From: Candidatus Latescibacterota bacterium | GTDB taxonomy: Bacteria > Latescibacterota > UBA2968 > GCA-2709665 | Length of the DNA: 64,000 bases | Direction of reading: 5' to 3' | Assembly: GCA_965208835.1 (NCBI GenBank) | Contig: OZ242358.1 | Coordinates: 3,648,001-3,712,000, forward strand | Shown: piece by piece, positions 37,829-48,826 of the stretch | How positions within the stretch are numbered: the first letter of the stretch is position 1 | How the letters are laid out: each line of letters starts with the position of its first letter | Program-made: the position numbers and the translations under genes | Notes under the pieces: generated by a model | Seen by the model: only the letters and a program-made list of their open reading frames with translations | What the model was told of the DNA's origin: nothing | Database searches by the model: none

Positions 37829-40023
37829 TTGGCACACTGAAACAGCTTCTCAAAGGCCGCTTCCGCATCGCCACGCAGCTCTATCTGGGAATAGGAGGCG
37901 CGGTTGCCATCACCATGGTCGCCAGTCTGGTCGGGTGGCTCTCGTTCGATCTCGTAGGCGACATTCAGAACCGTGTGAACGAGGGCAGCGTTCCGGAAAT
38001 GGCCGCTGCCTTTGGGGTCGCCCAGCAAAGCGGAACCCTGGTCGCAGCAGCGCCCCGTTTGACGTCAGCGGCGACGGTGGATGATTTCGACCGCGTAAAG
38101 GCGGATATCGCTGACGAGCGCAGGGCCTTCGAATCACAGTTGGCGGCCCTGATGCAAAGGGACACCAGGAAGGAAGACGAGGAGCGTTTCGGCAGAATAC
38201 ACGAATACGCCGCAGCACTCACGTCAAACATCGAAGCGATTGAGCATGAGGTTGCCGAGTTGTTCGAGCTAAACGCGCGCAGCGAAGCATTTCGCATGGA
38301 ACTGTCCGATCTGCGTGCCAAATTGTTCGGCATGCTGATTCCGGCTATTGACGATCAACTCTTCTACGCGATGACCGGCTATCGTACGATAGGCCAGCCG
38401 CCCGCGCCTCGCGAGCGGCATTTTTCAAACGAAGAATTCGATCGGTACCGCCACCTGGCCGACTTGAAAGCCGATGCCACCATTGCGACGCAACTCCTGT
38501 CTAGTTCATTCAACCTGTCCGACGCACTCCTGCTGGAGCCGCTGCGGGAGCGCTTCGAGGCGGCGGCAGGGCGCATCGAACGCAGCTTGTCGGCACTCGG
38601 CACTTCACCGTGGAGCGATCGGATCGCCCCGCACCTGAATCGGCTCTTCGATCTGGGCGTGGGGAAGCAGGGCGGTTTCGATCTGATCGTTAGAGAGTTC
38701 GAACTCACTGACCGGCAGCGAAACCTTCTCCAGGACAACCTGAGACTCGAAATCAAACTCGGTGCGGAAGTAGAGGGGCTCGTCGGCGCCGCCCGCGAAC
38801 GCACGCGAGAGGCCACGCTGGCATCCACACAGGCAATTGGAACCGGCCGCAGCGTTTTACTGGGACTGAATGTGGTCAGCATCAGTGGAGCCGTGTTGAT
38901 CGCGTGGCTGTTTGTAGGCCGGGTGTTGTTGCGCCGGCTCGAACGTTTGTCGGACAGGATGCGGGCCATGGCCGATGGGGACCTGGAAGCCAAGGTCGAT
39001 ATCAGCGGGCACGATGAAGTTGCCGATATGGCGGCGGCACTGGAAGTATTCCGACGGCATGCCCTCGAGGTCCAACGCCTGAACCTCGTCGAAAAGCTGG
39101 CCGAGGAGCTACGCGAGAAAAACGATCAGCTGGAAGCCGTGCTGGAGGACCTGCGAAAGGCGCAGGACCAGATCGTGATGCGCGAAAAACTGGCTGCGCT
39201 CGGCGAACTGACCGCCGGGGTCGCTCACGAAATCAAGAACCCGCTGAATTTCGTCAAGAACTTCTCCGAGGTCTCCCAGGAACTTCTGGAGGAACTTGGG
39301 GAAGAACTCGAGGACACGCTCAGCGAAGAAGGCGGTGAACTTGACGAAGAACAGCGCGAGCTCGTCCAGGAAATCTGCCAGGACCTCAACGACAACCTCG
39401 CACGCATCAGGGAACACGGCGAGCGCGCCAACCGGATTGTCCAGGATATGCTGTCAATGGGCCGGGGTTCCGCCCAGCGACAGGCCACAAACATCAACAA
39501 TCTGCTCGACGAACACGCCAGACTCGCGTACCACAGCGCGAGGGCGAGCGACACGGAATTTCAACTCGACATCCAACAGGATCTGGATCCGTCAGTGGGC
39601 GAAGTCGAAGTGGTTCCGCAGGATCTGGGCCGCGTGTTTCTGAACATGGTAACCAATGGCTGCCACGCGACCGACGAGAGACGACGTGAGAATGCAGAAT
39701 CGGACAACGTAGAGCCGTACATGCCTACGCTCTGGCTAAAGACCCGCCGCGGCCCGGAACACCTCGAAGTACGCATAAGGGATAACGGTAAAGGGATTCC
39801 ACCCGACGTCGTCGATAAAATTTTCAATCCGTTTTTCACGACCAAGCCAACCGACCAGGGCACGGGGCTGGGTCTCGCCCTTTCGAACGATATTGTTCGC
39901 GAGCACGGAGGAAGCATTCGTGTCGAAACCGAGCCCGGTGAGTTTACCGAAATGATTGTCGAAATACCGCTTGAAGCGCCCGCATTGGTAGCAGAGCCGA
40001 CGACCGAAGAGGAAGCAAGCTGA
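37825..40023 (+). CDS. Sensor histidine kinase with a TorS-like helical periplasmic domain and HAMP
   Basis: Two TMs, HAMP (GHDEVADMA), H-box AGVAHEIKNPLNF, DNGKGI, PFFTTK and GTGLGL. Confidence 0.9.
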   Translation: MIGTLKQLLKGRFRIATQLYLGIGGAVAITMVASLVGWLSFDLVGDIQNRVNEGSVPEMAAAFGVAQQSGTLVAAAPRLTSAATVDDFDRVKADIADERRAFESQLAALMQRDTRKEDEERFGRIHEYAAALTSNIEAIEHEVAELFELNARSEAFRMELSDLRAKLFGMLIPAIDDQLFYAMTGYRTIGQPPAPRERHFSNEEFDRYRHLADLKADATIATQLLSSSFNLSDALLLEPLRERFEAAAGRIERSLSALGTSPWSDRIAPHLNRLFDLGVGKQGGFDLIVREFELTDRQRNLLQDNLRLEIKLGAEVEGLVGAARERTREATLASTQAIGTGRSVLLGLNVVSISGAVLIAWLFVGRVLLRRLERLSDRMRAMADGDLEAKVDISGHDEVADMAAALEVFRRHALEVQRLNLVEKLAEELREKNDQLEAVLEDLRKAQDQIVMREKLAALGELTAGVAHEIKNPLNFVKNFSEVSQELLEELGEELEDTLSEEGGELDEEQRELVQEICQDLNDNLARIREHGERANRIVQDMLSMGRGSAQRQATNINNLLDEHARLAYHSARASDTEFQLDIQQDLDPSVGEVEVVPQDLGRVFLNMVTNGCHATDERRRENAESDNVEPYMPTLWLKTRRGPEHLEVRIRDNGKGIPPDVVDKIFNPFFTTKPTDQGTGLGLALSNDIVREHGGSIRVETEPGEFTEMIVEIPLEAPALVAEPTTEEEAS

Positions 40024-40212
40024 AGTCATTACAGGGAGCCGGTCTGACCCCGGCAAAGGACCCTTGAGAGCGCCGGAGCCGATCGACGCGAGGAGGATCC
40101 TCGCTCTTCATCACGGTGCTCCGCCGTGCAGGGATTCGCGGGCAGACATGGCGGATTGATCCGCTTTTCGATGTTGAACGCCTCTTCAAAGTGGAGACGA
40201 GGCCTGGCCGAA

Positions 40213-41724
40213 ATGCCGTTCAGTTTTCGCAATGTATTCCTGGTGGCGTACGCCGCGGGTCTGATTTTGGGCTGCGGCGGAGAGCGTACGCTTGCACCTG
40301 GGTTATCCGACAATGAGGAAGCGTCGGGTCAGCCGCTGGGCAAACTCGTCGTCGATGACAACTCGGGTCGGGCAGTTGTGGTGGCAACCGTGCTTGGTAA
40401 CGACGCGCCACTGGGCGGTGTCGCCGTCGCGTTCGCTCGTTCGATCTCCGGACTGGCGCCGGATTTCACGTGGACCGACACGACAGATGCGAATGGTCGG
40501 GCGCGCGTGGATATCGCCGGTGCAGGGGGCTACTATCAGGTACGGGCTACGCGTGGCGGCCGCCATCTGGGTTCGTGGTCGAGTATTCCAGTCAACGGCG
40601 GGCAAAGAGTAACGGTCGACCTGCCGGTCGGAGGGACGGCGAGGGTGACCGACGCGTCCATTCTCGCGTCGGGGCGTCTTCCGGCGGAGATTCGGGTTGG
40701 TGTCGTCCTGCCCGAGACGGGTGACGGCAAGTCCGTCGGTCACTTCGTAAGAAATGGAATGGAATTGGCGCGAGAAGAGGTCAACCTGTATGAACTCGGC
40801 TCGTCGACACTTCAATTCATCGCAGAAGACAGTGAGAGCATGCCGGAGGTCGCGGCAGCGGCCTTCGAAAAGCTGATTCACGATGACGAAGTTTCGGTAA
40901 TTCTGGGCCCCGGTTACTCTTCCTCAGCGGCCGTGGCATTTCCGATTGCCCAGCAGAACAGCGTTGTGGCGTTCAGCCCGACCGCGGCAGCCGCCGGATT
41001 GGGCGCGATCGGCGACTTTGTGTTCAGGGTTCCAGCGCCTGTAAGTCGGATCGCACAAAGCACACTCGAAGTTGCAAAGGCGAAACTGCAGTTGAATCGG
41101 GTTGCCGTCATATACGACAGCACAGACGTATTCTCAACGAGTGGTTTCGAAGAAACCGGGAAGGCACTCAGTGCCTTGGGCGTAGAGACGCTTACGGCCG
41201 AGGCGTTCGCAACCGGACAAACCGATTTTTCCGCCGAACTGAGCCGGATAAACAACCTGAAACCGGATGTCATCCTTGTCTGGACCCGGCCGCTGCAAAG
41301 GGTCGTGATTCCCGTTCAGGGCCGCGAGCTTGGAATACCTTACGAGATTCCATTCCTCGTTTTCGGTTTTGCTTCAAGCCAGATCGAACAGGCAGGCCCT
41401 GCGGCGGAGGGATTGATTACAGGGACGTTCTGGTCTCGTTCAATCGACACGCCGGCGAATCGTGCATTTATCGAGAATTACCGCGCCAGATTCGGTGGCG
41501 AACCCGATCTGTTCGCGGCGGAAGGATATGTGTGCGTGCGGATTCTTGCGGCCGCAATTATAAGGGCCGGTTCAACGAATTCCGAGTTGGTCAGGGACGC
41601 GCTGGCCACCATCGAGATGCCGACCGTTGTCGGACAGTTCGCGTTCGATGCGAATGGCGACCCGACTTATCCGGCGGTTCTGCAGGTGGTCAGGAACGGC
41701 AAATTCGAGACTCTGGAGAACTGA
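40213..41724 (+). CDS. Lipoprotein: shared uncharacterised N-terminal module + LivK/Peripla_BP_6 domain
   Basis: Lipobox ILGC; paralog of the CDS at 10879 (AFPIAQQNSVVAFS, IGDFVFR). Confidence 0.85.
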   Translation: MPFSFRNVFLVAYAAGLILGCGGERTLAPGLSDNEEASGQPLGKLVVDDNSGRAVVVATVLGNDAPLGGVAVAFARSISGLAPDFTWTDTTDANGRARVDIAGAGGYYQVRATRGGRHLGSWSSIPVNGGQRVTVDLPVGGTARVTDASILASGRLPAEIRVGVVLPETGDGKSVGHFVRNGMELAREEVNLYELGSSTLQFIAEDSESMPEVAAAAFEKLIHDDEVSVILGPGYSSSAAVAFPIAQQNSVVAFSPTAAAAGLGAIGDFVFRVPAPVSRIAQSTLEVAKAKLQLNRVAVIYDSTDVFSTSGFEETGKALSALGVETLTAEAFATGQTDFSAELSRINNLKPDVILVWTRPLQRVVIPVQGRELGIPYEIPFLVFGFASSQIEQAGPAAEGLITGTFWSRSIDTPANRAFIENYRARFGGEPDLFAAEGYVCVRILAAAIIRAGSTNSELVRDALATIEMPTVVGQFAFDANGDPTYPAVLQVVRNGKFETLEN

Positions 41725-41815
41725 TAGCCCCCGTACCGGCATCACTATTGCGCAACGCGATTACTTGCGGTGCCGGCAACTCTAACCCGCGACTGCAATC
41801 GTTCAGACGGCTGCT

Positions 41816-43249
41816 ATGGAATTCGAATCATACGCGCTTGACTCCAACATTTACGACGAGATGTTCCATCCGGACGGCACACCCAGGGAGCATTGCCGCC
41901 CGCTCTTCGAAGCGTTGGGCGAACTCTCGACGGATGAGCTTTCAAGCGTCCAGGAACGCGTTACCCGTTCGTTTTCCAATGAGGGCATCACGTTTACCGT
42001 CTACGGCGATGAAGAGGCCACCGAGCGCATCATTCCCGTGGACTGCCTGCCACGGATCCTGTCAGGCACCGAGTGGGACGGGCTCGTAAAGGGCCTCACG
42101 CAGCGCCTCACAGCGCTAAACCGGTTCCTCCAGGATATCTACAATGACGCAAGCATCATTGGCGACGGCGTCATCCCGGCGGACATGGTCAAGGGTTGTC
42201 CGCAGTACCGGGTGGAAATGCTAGGCGTTTCCCCTCCCAACGGCGCCTGGGTATCCGTCTGCGGAACCGACCTCGTGCGAACCAACGACGGCTTTCTCGT
42301 ACTTGAGGACAACCTGCGCGTTCCCTCAGGGGTTTCGTATATGGTGGCGAACCGTAAGGCGGTGAAGGCAGGATTGCGCCGCCTCTACAGACGCTCGCGC
42401 GTGAAGGACGTAGAACATTACGGCAGATTTCTCCGCGAAACCCTTGTCGAGCTCGCGCCTGATGGGCGGGCCGATCCATGCATCGTGCTGCTGACGCCGG
42501 GCGTTTACAATTCGGCGTTCTACGAGCATATGTTTCTTGCCCGTGAGATTGGGGCGGCGCTGGTCGAAGGCAGAGATCTCCTGGTGAACGACGGGTTTGT
42601 CTACATGCGCACCACAACCGGCCTCCGGCGTGTCGATGTCGTCTACCGGCGTGTCGACGACGACTTTATCGATCCTCTGGTCTTTCGCGCGGATTCCCTT
42701 CTTGGCGTGCCCGGCTTGCTGCACGCATACAAACTCGGCAACGTGACCCTGGTTAACGCACCCGGCACGGGCGTCGCCGACGACAAGAGCGTCTATGCCT
42801 ACGTTCCCGATATGATACGCTACTACATGAATGAGGAGCCCGTTCTGTCCAGCGTGGACACCTACCTGTGCCGCAGGCCGGAACACCTGGAGTACACACT
42901 CGACAACCTCGAGAATCTGATAGTAAAGAAGGTCGGAGAGTCAGGCGGTTACGGCATGCTGGTCGGCCCCCATGCCACGCCTGAAGAGCGGGAGGAATAC
43001 GCGAAGCATCTGCGCGCCAATCCGGCCGAATTCATCTCGCAGCCCGTTTTGCCGTTGTCGCGCGCACCGTGTCTTGTCGACAACCGGTTTGAGCCCAGGC
43101 ACGTCGACCTTCGCCCGTTCGTGCTGCACGGGCAAGAAACGCGAATCGTGCCAGGGGCATTCTGCCGTGTCGCCCTGCGCCGTGGCAGCATAGTTGTCAA
43201 TTCAAGCCAGGGCGGTGGCGGCAAAGACCTCTGGGTCCTTGAGAACTGA
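41816..43249 (+). CDS. Circularly permuted type 2 ATP-grasp protein
   Basis: YDEM, LEDNLRVPSGVSY, VDVVYRRVDD, GTGVADDK, SGGYG, RHVDLRPF and VVNSSQGGGGKD motifs. Confidence 0.92.
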   Translation: MEFESYALDSNIYDEMFHPDGTPREHCRPLFEALGELSTDELSSVQERVTRSFSNEGITFTVYGDEEATERIIPVDCLPRILSGTEWDGLVKGLTQRLTALNRFLQDIYNDASIIGDGVIPADMVKGCPQYRVEMLGVSPPNGAWVSVCGTDLVRTNDGFLVLEDNLRVPSGVSYMVANRKAVKAGLRRLYRRSRVKDVEHYGRFLRETLVELAPDGRADPCIVLLTPGVYNSAFYEHMFLAREIGAALVEGRDLLVNDGFVYMRTTTGLRRVDVVYRRVDDDFIDPLVFRADSLLGVPGLLHAYKLGNVTLVNAPGTGVADDKSVYAYVPDMIRYYMNEEPVLSSVDTYLCRRPEHLEYTLDNLENLIVKKVGESGGYGMLVGPHATPEEREEYAKHLRANPAEFISQPVLPLSRAPCLVDNRFEPRHVDLRPFVLHGQETRIVPGAFCRVALRRGSIVVNSSQGGGGKDLWVLEN

Positions 43250-43323
43250 GCAGTCGCATTCGTAGATTCCGGCACGAAGGTAAGACAATTCACCGTTGGG
43301 TCGTAACCACGAAAGGAGAGGAT

Positions 43324-44709
43324 ATGAAAGGTTTCTTTAGATCGCCGTTTCGCAAGCGCGCCGTCGGTTCCGTCGGAAAGATCGCCCTGTTGTTTCTTGG
43401 CTGTCTGCTTTGCGGGACCACGGCCGCGTACGCGGCGGTTGACCAGGAGACGATGTTCGTCTTCAATACGTTCGCGTTTCTGATCTGGGGCGCGCTGATT
43501 ATGTGGATGTGCGCCGGGTTTACCATGCTCGAGTCCGGTTCCGTTCGCACCAAGAACGCCTCGATGATCTGCATGAAGAACATCGGCCTCTACTCTATCG
43601 CGGGTCTCGCCTATTACTTTCTCGGCTACAATCTTATGTATACTGAAGTCGGGAAATTCATCGGCTCGTTCACACTCCTCTACGGGCCCTCTGCCGCAGA
43701 TCTCGCTCTGGTAGCGGGGCAGGAATCGGCAAAGGCCAAGGTCATCGCGAATAAATATTCCACCATGTCCGACTGGTTCTTCCAGATGGTCTTTGTGGCG
43801 ACGGCCGCCTCGATCGTGTCCGGCGCCCTGGCGGAGCGAGTCAAAATGCTGTCCTTCTTTCTATTCACACTGCTACTGACGGCTGTCATCTACCCGGTGG
43901 TAGGTGCCTGGACCTGGGGTGGCGGATGGTTGAGTGCAATGGGATTCAAGGATTTCGCCGGCTCAACCATTGTCCACAGCACTGGTGGCTGGGCGGCGCT
44001 TGCCGGGGTCCTGGTCGTCGGCCCGCGATTGGGCAAATATCGGAAAGACGGCAGTGTGAAGAATACACCGCCATCCAATATCGTGGCGGTGACACTGGGC
44101 GTGTTCATTCTATGGTTCGGCTGGCTCGGCTTCAACGGCGGATCGCAGCTCGCGCTCGGGAGCGCCGCCGACGCGGTGGCCATGAGTCACGTGCTGGTCA
44201 ACACGAACCTTGCGGCGGCAGCCGGCGTGGTTGTGGCTCTTATCGTCTCCAAGCCGATCCTTGGAAGAATGGACCTGTTCGCGAGTCTGAATGGAGCAAT
44301 TGCGGGGCTGGTATCGATCACTGCCGGACCCGACATCGTCCAGCACTATTGGGCAGTCGTTATCGGCGGCGTTGGCGCAATCTTCTGCACGGCCGGGATC
44401 CGGCTGCTGGAGAGGTTGAAGATCGACGACGTCGTGGGGGCGGTTCCCGCTCACCTGTTCGCTGGAATCTGGGGAACCCTGGCTGTCTGCATCGCCGCGG
44501 GCGGCAACTTCGGCGTACAGCTCCTGGGCTGCGTCGCGGTGGGCGTGTTCGTGTTTTTAACTTCGTGGGTGGCGTGGCGTTTGCTGGACGCGACCCTGAG
44601 TGTCCGAGTCACCGAAAAGGTCGAGCGGCTGGGCCAGGATGTCGCCGAGTTGGGTATCGAGGCCTATCCCGAATTTGTGCTTACGCCGGAAGAAGCGGAT
44701 GAGGATTAA
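43324..44709 (+). CDS. amt: Ammonium transporter (Amt family)
   Basis: FFQMVF, SIVSGALAER, DFAGSTIVH, GWLGFNGGS and IDDVVGAVPAH; both pore His residues retained. Confidence 0.95.
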   Translation: MKGFFRSPFRKRAVGSVGKIALLFLGCLLCGTTAAYAAVDQETMFVFNTFAFLIWGALIMWMCAGFTMLESGSVRTKNASMICMKNIGLYSIAGLAYYFLGYNLMYTEVGKFIGSFTLLYGPSAADLALVAGQESAKAKVIANKYSTMSDWFFQMVFVATAASIVSGALAERVKMLSFFLFTLLLTAVIYPVVGAWTWGGGWLSAMGFKDFAGSTIVHSTGGWAALAGVLVVGPRLGKYRKDGSVKNTPPSNIVAVTLGVFILWFGWLGFNGGSQLALGSAADAVAMSHVLVNTNLAAAAGVVVALIVSKPILGRMDLFASLNGAIAGLVSITAGPDIVQHYWAVVIGGVGAIFCTAGIRLLERLKIDDVVGAVPAHLFAGIWGTLAVCIAAGGNFGVQLLGCVAVGVFVFLTSWVAWRLLDATLSVRVTEKVERLGQDVAELGIEAYPEFVLTPEEADED

Positions 44710-45692
44710 TGGCGACGATTCCCGGAAATCCCAGACTGCTTGCGCGCAGCGCGCAGGGTCTTTATTGGATGGGCCGCTACCTGGAACGGGCGGAGCATCT
44801 CTGCCGCCTGTTGCGATTCCAGGTGGAAGCGCTGGTCGACCGGCCAATCCGGGAGATCTATTTCGGCTGGAGTCGAATCTACATGAGCATGAACCGTCGG
44901 CCTCCCGGCGGCAGCATCACGATGGTCGGGAGCGACGACTTCACGCTCGCCGATTCCTACACGCTGGCCGACGATCTCACGTTCGAACGCACAAATCCGG
45001 ATTCGGTCTGGAACTGTTTCTCCCTCGGCCGTGAGAATGCGCGGCAGATGCGTCACTGCATCAGCGGAGAGATGTGGACCTGTCTGAACCTCGCGTATCT
45101 GCGGCTCCGTGAACTGGACATCCGGGATATCTGGAAGCCTTCACCGGAGAGCTTCTATGCAGAAACGGCAGGCGACATCAACACGTTTGCCGGCGTGGCG
45201 GAAGCCACGATGTACCGCGACGAAGGGTGGCATTTCCTTCGGCTGGGCAGGCATATCGAACGCGCCCAATGTTCGGCATCGTTGTTCCTTTCACAGCTCT
45301 CCATGGACAAACTTATGGACGAGTCCTCCGACGCGGACTGGACGAACCTCTTGGACGTCTGCCAGGCCTATGACGCTTACACCCGCAATTACAGCGTCGA
45401 CGTCCAGCCGCGTCGAGTCCTCGACCTTCTCGTTACCGATCCTCTGCTACACGGTTCTCTATGCTACTCGCTCGACGCGGTGGCGTCGGAACTCGATGCC
45501 ATCGGTACCGGGTCCGATGAGCAATCCAGTGCAGTCGCCCTGCGCATGGCCAGACGTATGTGCGCGCTGATCCATTACGATTGGCCCGACCGCGAAGACC
45601 GAGAGGTCCTTCTGGGAGACCTCATGGGCTTCTGCCAGGAACTCCACGATCTTGTTACCGGAGCATATATAGACTACCCCGCCGTCAACTGA
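44709..45692 (+). CDS. Alpha-E domain protein
   Basis: LYWMGRYLERAE, RENARQMR..ISGEMW and GWHFLRLGRHIERA; TAATG overlap with amt. Confidence 0.9.
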   Translation: MATIPGNPRLLARSAQGLYWMGRYLERAEHLCRLLRFQVEALVDRPIREIYFGWSRIYMSMNRRPPGGSITMVGSDDFTLADSYTLADDLTFERTNPDSVWNCFSLGRENARQMRHCISGEMWTCLNLAYLRLRELDIRDIWKPSPESFYAETAGDINTFAGVAEATMYRDEGWHFLRLGRHIERAQCSASLFLSQLSMDKLMDESSDADWTNLLDVCQAYDAYTRNYSVDVQPRRVLDLLVTDPLLHGSLCYSLDAVASELDAIGTGSDEQSSAVALRMARRMCALIHYDWPDREDREVLLGDLMGFCQELHDLVTGAYIDYPAVN

Positions 45693-45712
45693 CTCCCGGG
45701 TGTGCCGCTACC

Positions 45713-46585
45713 TTGGCCGGAACGATTCAATACGAAATCAGGCACGTCTCACGCTATAAGTACGCATTCCCCGCGCGCGAGTGCGTCATGCTGCTTTGCC
45801 TGAAGCCAATCGAAAACGGGGGTCAGCAGCTTGTTCATTTCGACATCGAAACGCAACCTCCGGGTTCCCTGAGCGTTGAAACAGATCCTTTCGGGAACAC
45901 GCGGCACGTCCTCAGCGTCCACCCGGAACACGAGTCGCTGGAGATTGTGGCTCAATCCACTGTCAGACCGTCTCCGTTCAAGCCGCTTCCGGCCGGTCTT
46001 GGAGCCGATGCGTGGAATGAGATCGACGCCTCGAGAGACGCATTCCAGCATTGGGACTATGCCCACCCCAGCGAGATGGCCAATCCGTCGCCCGCGCTCA
46101 CCGATTTCACCAGGAAAAACGGCATTGGGCGCGGAAACGACCCGCTCCGGGATTTGATCCTGCTTTCAGATACGCTGCACAGCGTGTTTCAATATACTCC
46201 GGGAAGCACTTCAGCCGCGTCTCCAATTGAGGAAATTCTGAGCTCGGGCCACGGCGTCTGCCAGGACTACGCCCATGTGATGATTGCGGTCGCCCGGTCC
46301 TGGGGTGTTCCCGCCCGCTATGTCTCGGGCTATCTCTACGTTTCCGGTTCTCCCGACGGCCAGGCCTGGAGCAATGCCACACACGCCTGGGTGGAGTGTC
46401 TGCTACCGGAACTGGGGTGGGTGGGCTTTGATCCCACCAACCGGAGCCTTGCCGACGAACGACACATCCGAATCGCGACCGGACGCGACTTTCTGGACAT
46501 CTCTCCCACCCGCGGCGTCCGACAAGGCGGCGGTGAAACACGGCTCGAAGTCGATGTCCGGATCCGTCCACTGACGGATCTGTGA
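45713..46585 (+). CDS. Transglutaminase-like protein (Bact_transglu_N + core)
   Basis: YEIRHVSRYKY; catalytic triad in GVCQDYAH, HAWVE and GFDPTN; start approximate. Confidence 0.9.
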   Translation: MAGTIQYEIRHVSRYKYAFPARECVMLLCLKPIENGGQQLVHFDIETQPPGSLSVETDPFGNTRHVLSVHPEHESLEIVAQSTVRPSPFKPLPAGLGADAWNEIDASRDAFQHWDYAHPSEMANPSPALTDFTRKNGIGRGNDPLRDLILLSDTLHSVFQYTPGSTSAASPIEEILSSGHGVCQDYAHVMIAVARSWGVPARYVSGYLYVSGSPDGQAWSNATHAWVECLLPELGWVGFDPTNRSLADERHIRIATGRDFLDISPTRGVRQGGGETRLEVDVRIRPLTDL

Positions 46586-46593
46586 TTCTGACC

Positions 46594-46622
46594 TTGACAG
46601 AACGAGTTCTCACCTTTATAAT
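46594..46622 (+). promoter_or_regulatory. Consensus sigma70 promoter for the TPP riboswitch-thiC transcript
   Basis: Perfect TTGACA-N17-TATAAT. Confidence 0.8.
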
Positions 46623-46633
46623 TAAGACAAGAT

Positions 46634-46706
46634 CCGCATGGGGTGCCGAACGGCTGAGATCATACCCTTGGAACCTGATCTGGATTATGCCAGCGTAGGG
46701 ATGCGG
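46634..46706 (+). ncRNA. TPP riboswitch (THI element)
   Basis: GGGGTGCC..GGCTGAGAT..ACCC..GAACCTGATCTGGATTATGCCAGCGTAGGGA core, P1 stem CCGCAT/ATGCGG, located upstream of thiC. Confidence 0.95.
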
Positions 46707-46799
46707 AACATTGGCCTTGCGAACAATCAAGCGGCCGTTCCTTCCACGGGGACGGCCGTGTGTGTATCGTACACGACGACTCGCAGTTCCCGGGAATCA

Positions 46800-46965
46800 T
46801 AACAGTCCGTTGGAAGAGTCGCTCGGCAGGCGAGGCCGAGCCATTGTGGGCGAAGACAAGGCGCGCAACCGAGTCCCATCCTGCGATTCGGCGAGGGCGC
46901 GCAACGAAGTATTTCGGTCGCAATGGCCGGCCGTAACCCGGATGGGCTTTTTCAACGGGCTGCTA
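46800..46965. mobile_element. MITE-like element, short two-ended copy (copy B)
   Basis: TA-ACAGTCCGTTG...CAACGGGCTGC-TA imperfect terminal inverted repeats; interior shared with 57641-57899. Confidence 0.8.
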
Positions 46966-46987
46966 AGGCGGTGGGGTATCCATCTAA

Positions 46988-48697
<1,710 letters not shown>

Positions 48698-48826
48698 TCT
48701 CGACGGGGATTGGTCCCCAGTTCTCCGCTCAGGACGGATCCGGATCCGGTTTCCATCGACTCGAATGATCGAGCCCGTTCAACTGCGCAAATTGCTGTTT
48801 CATCACGGATATCAGGCCGGGATGGA

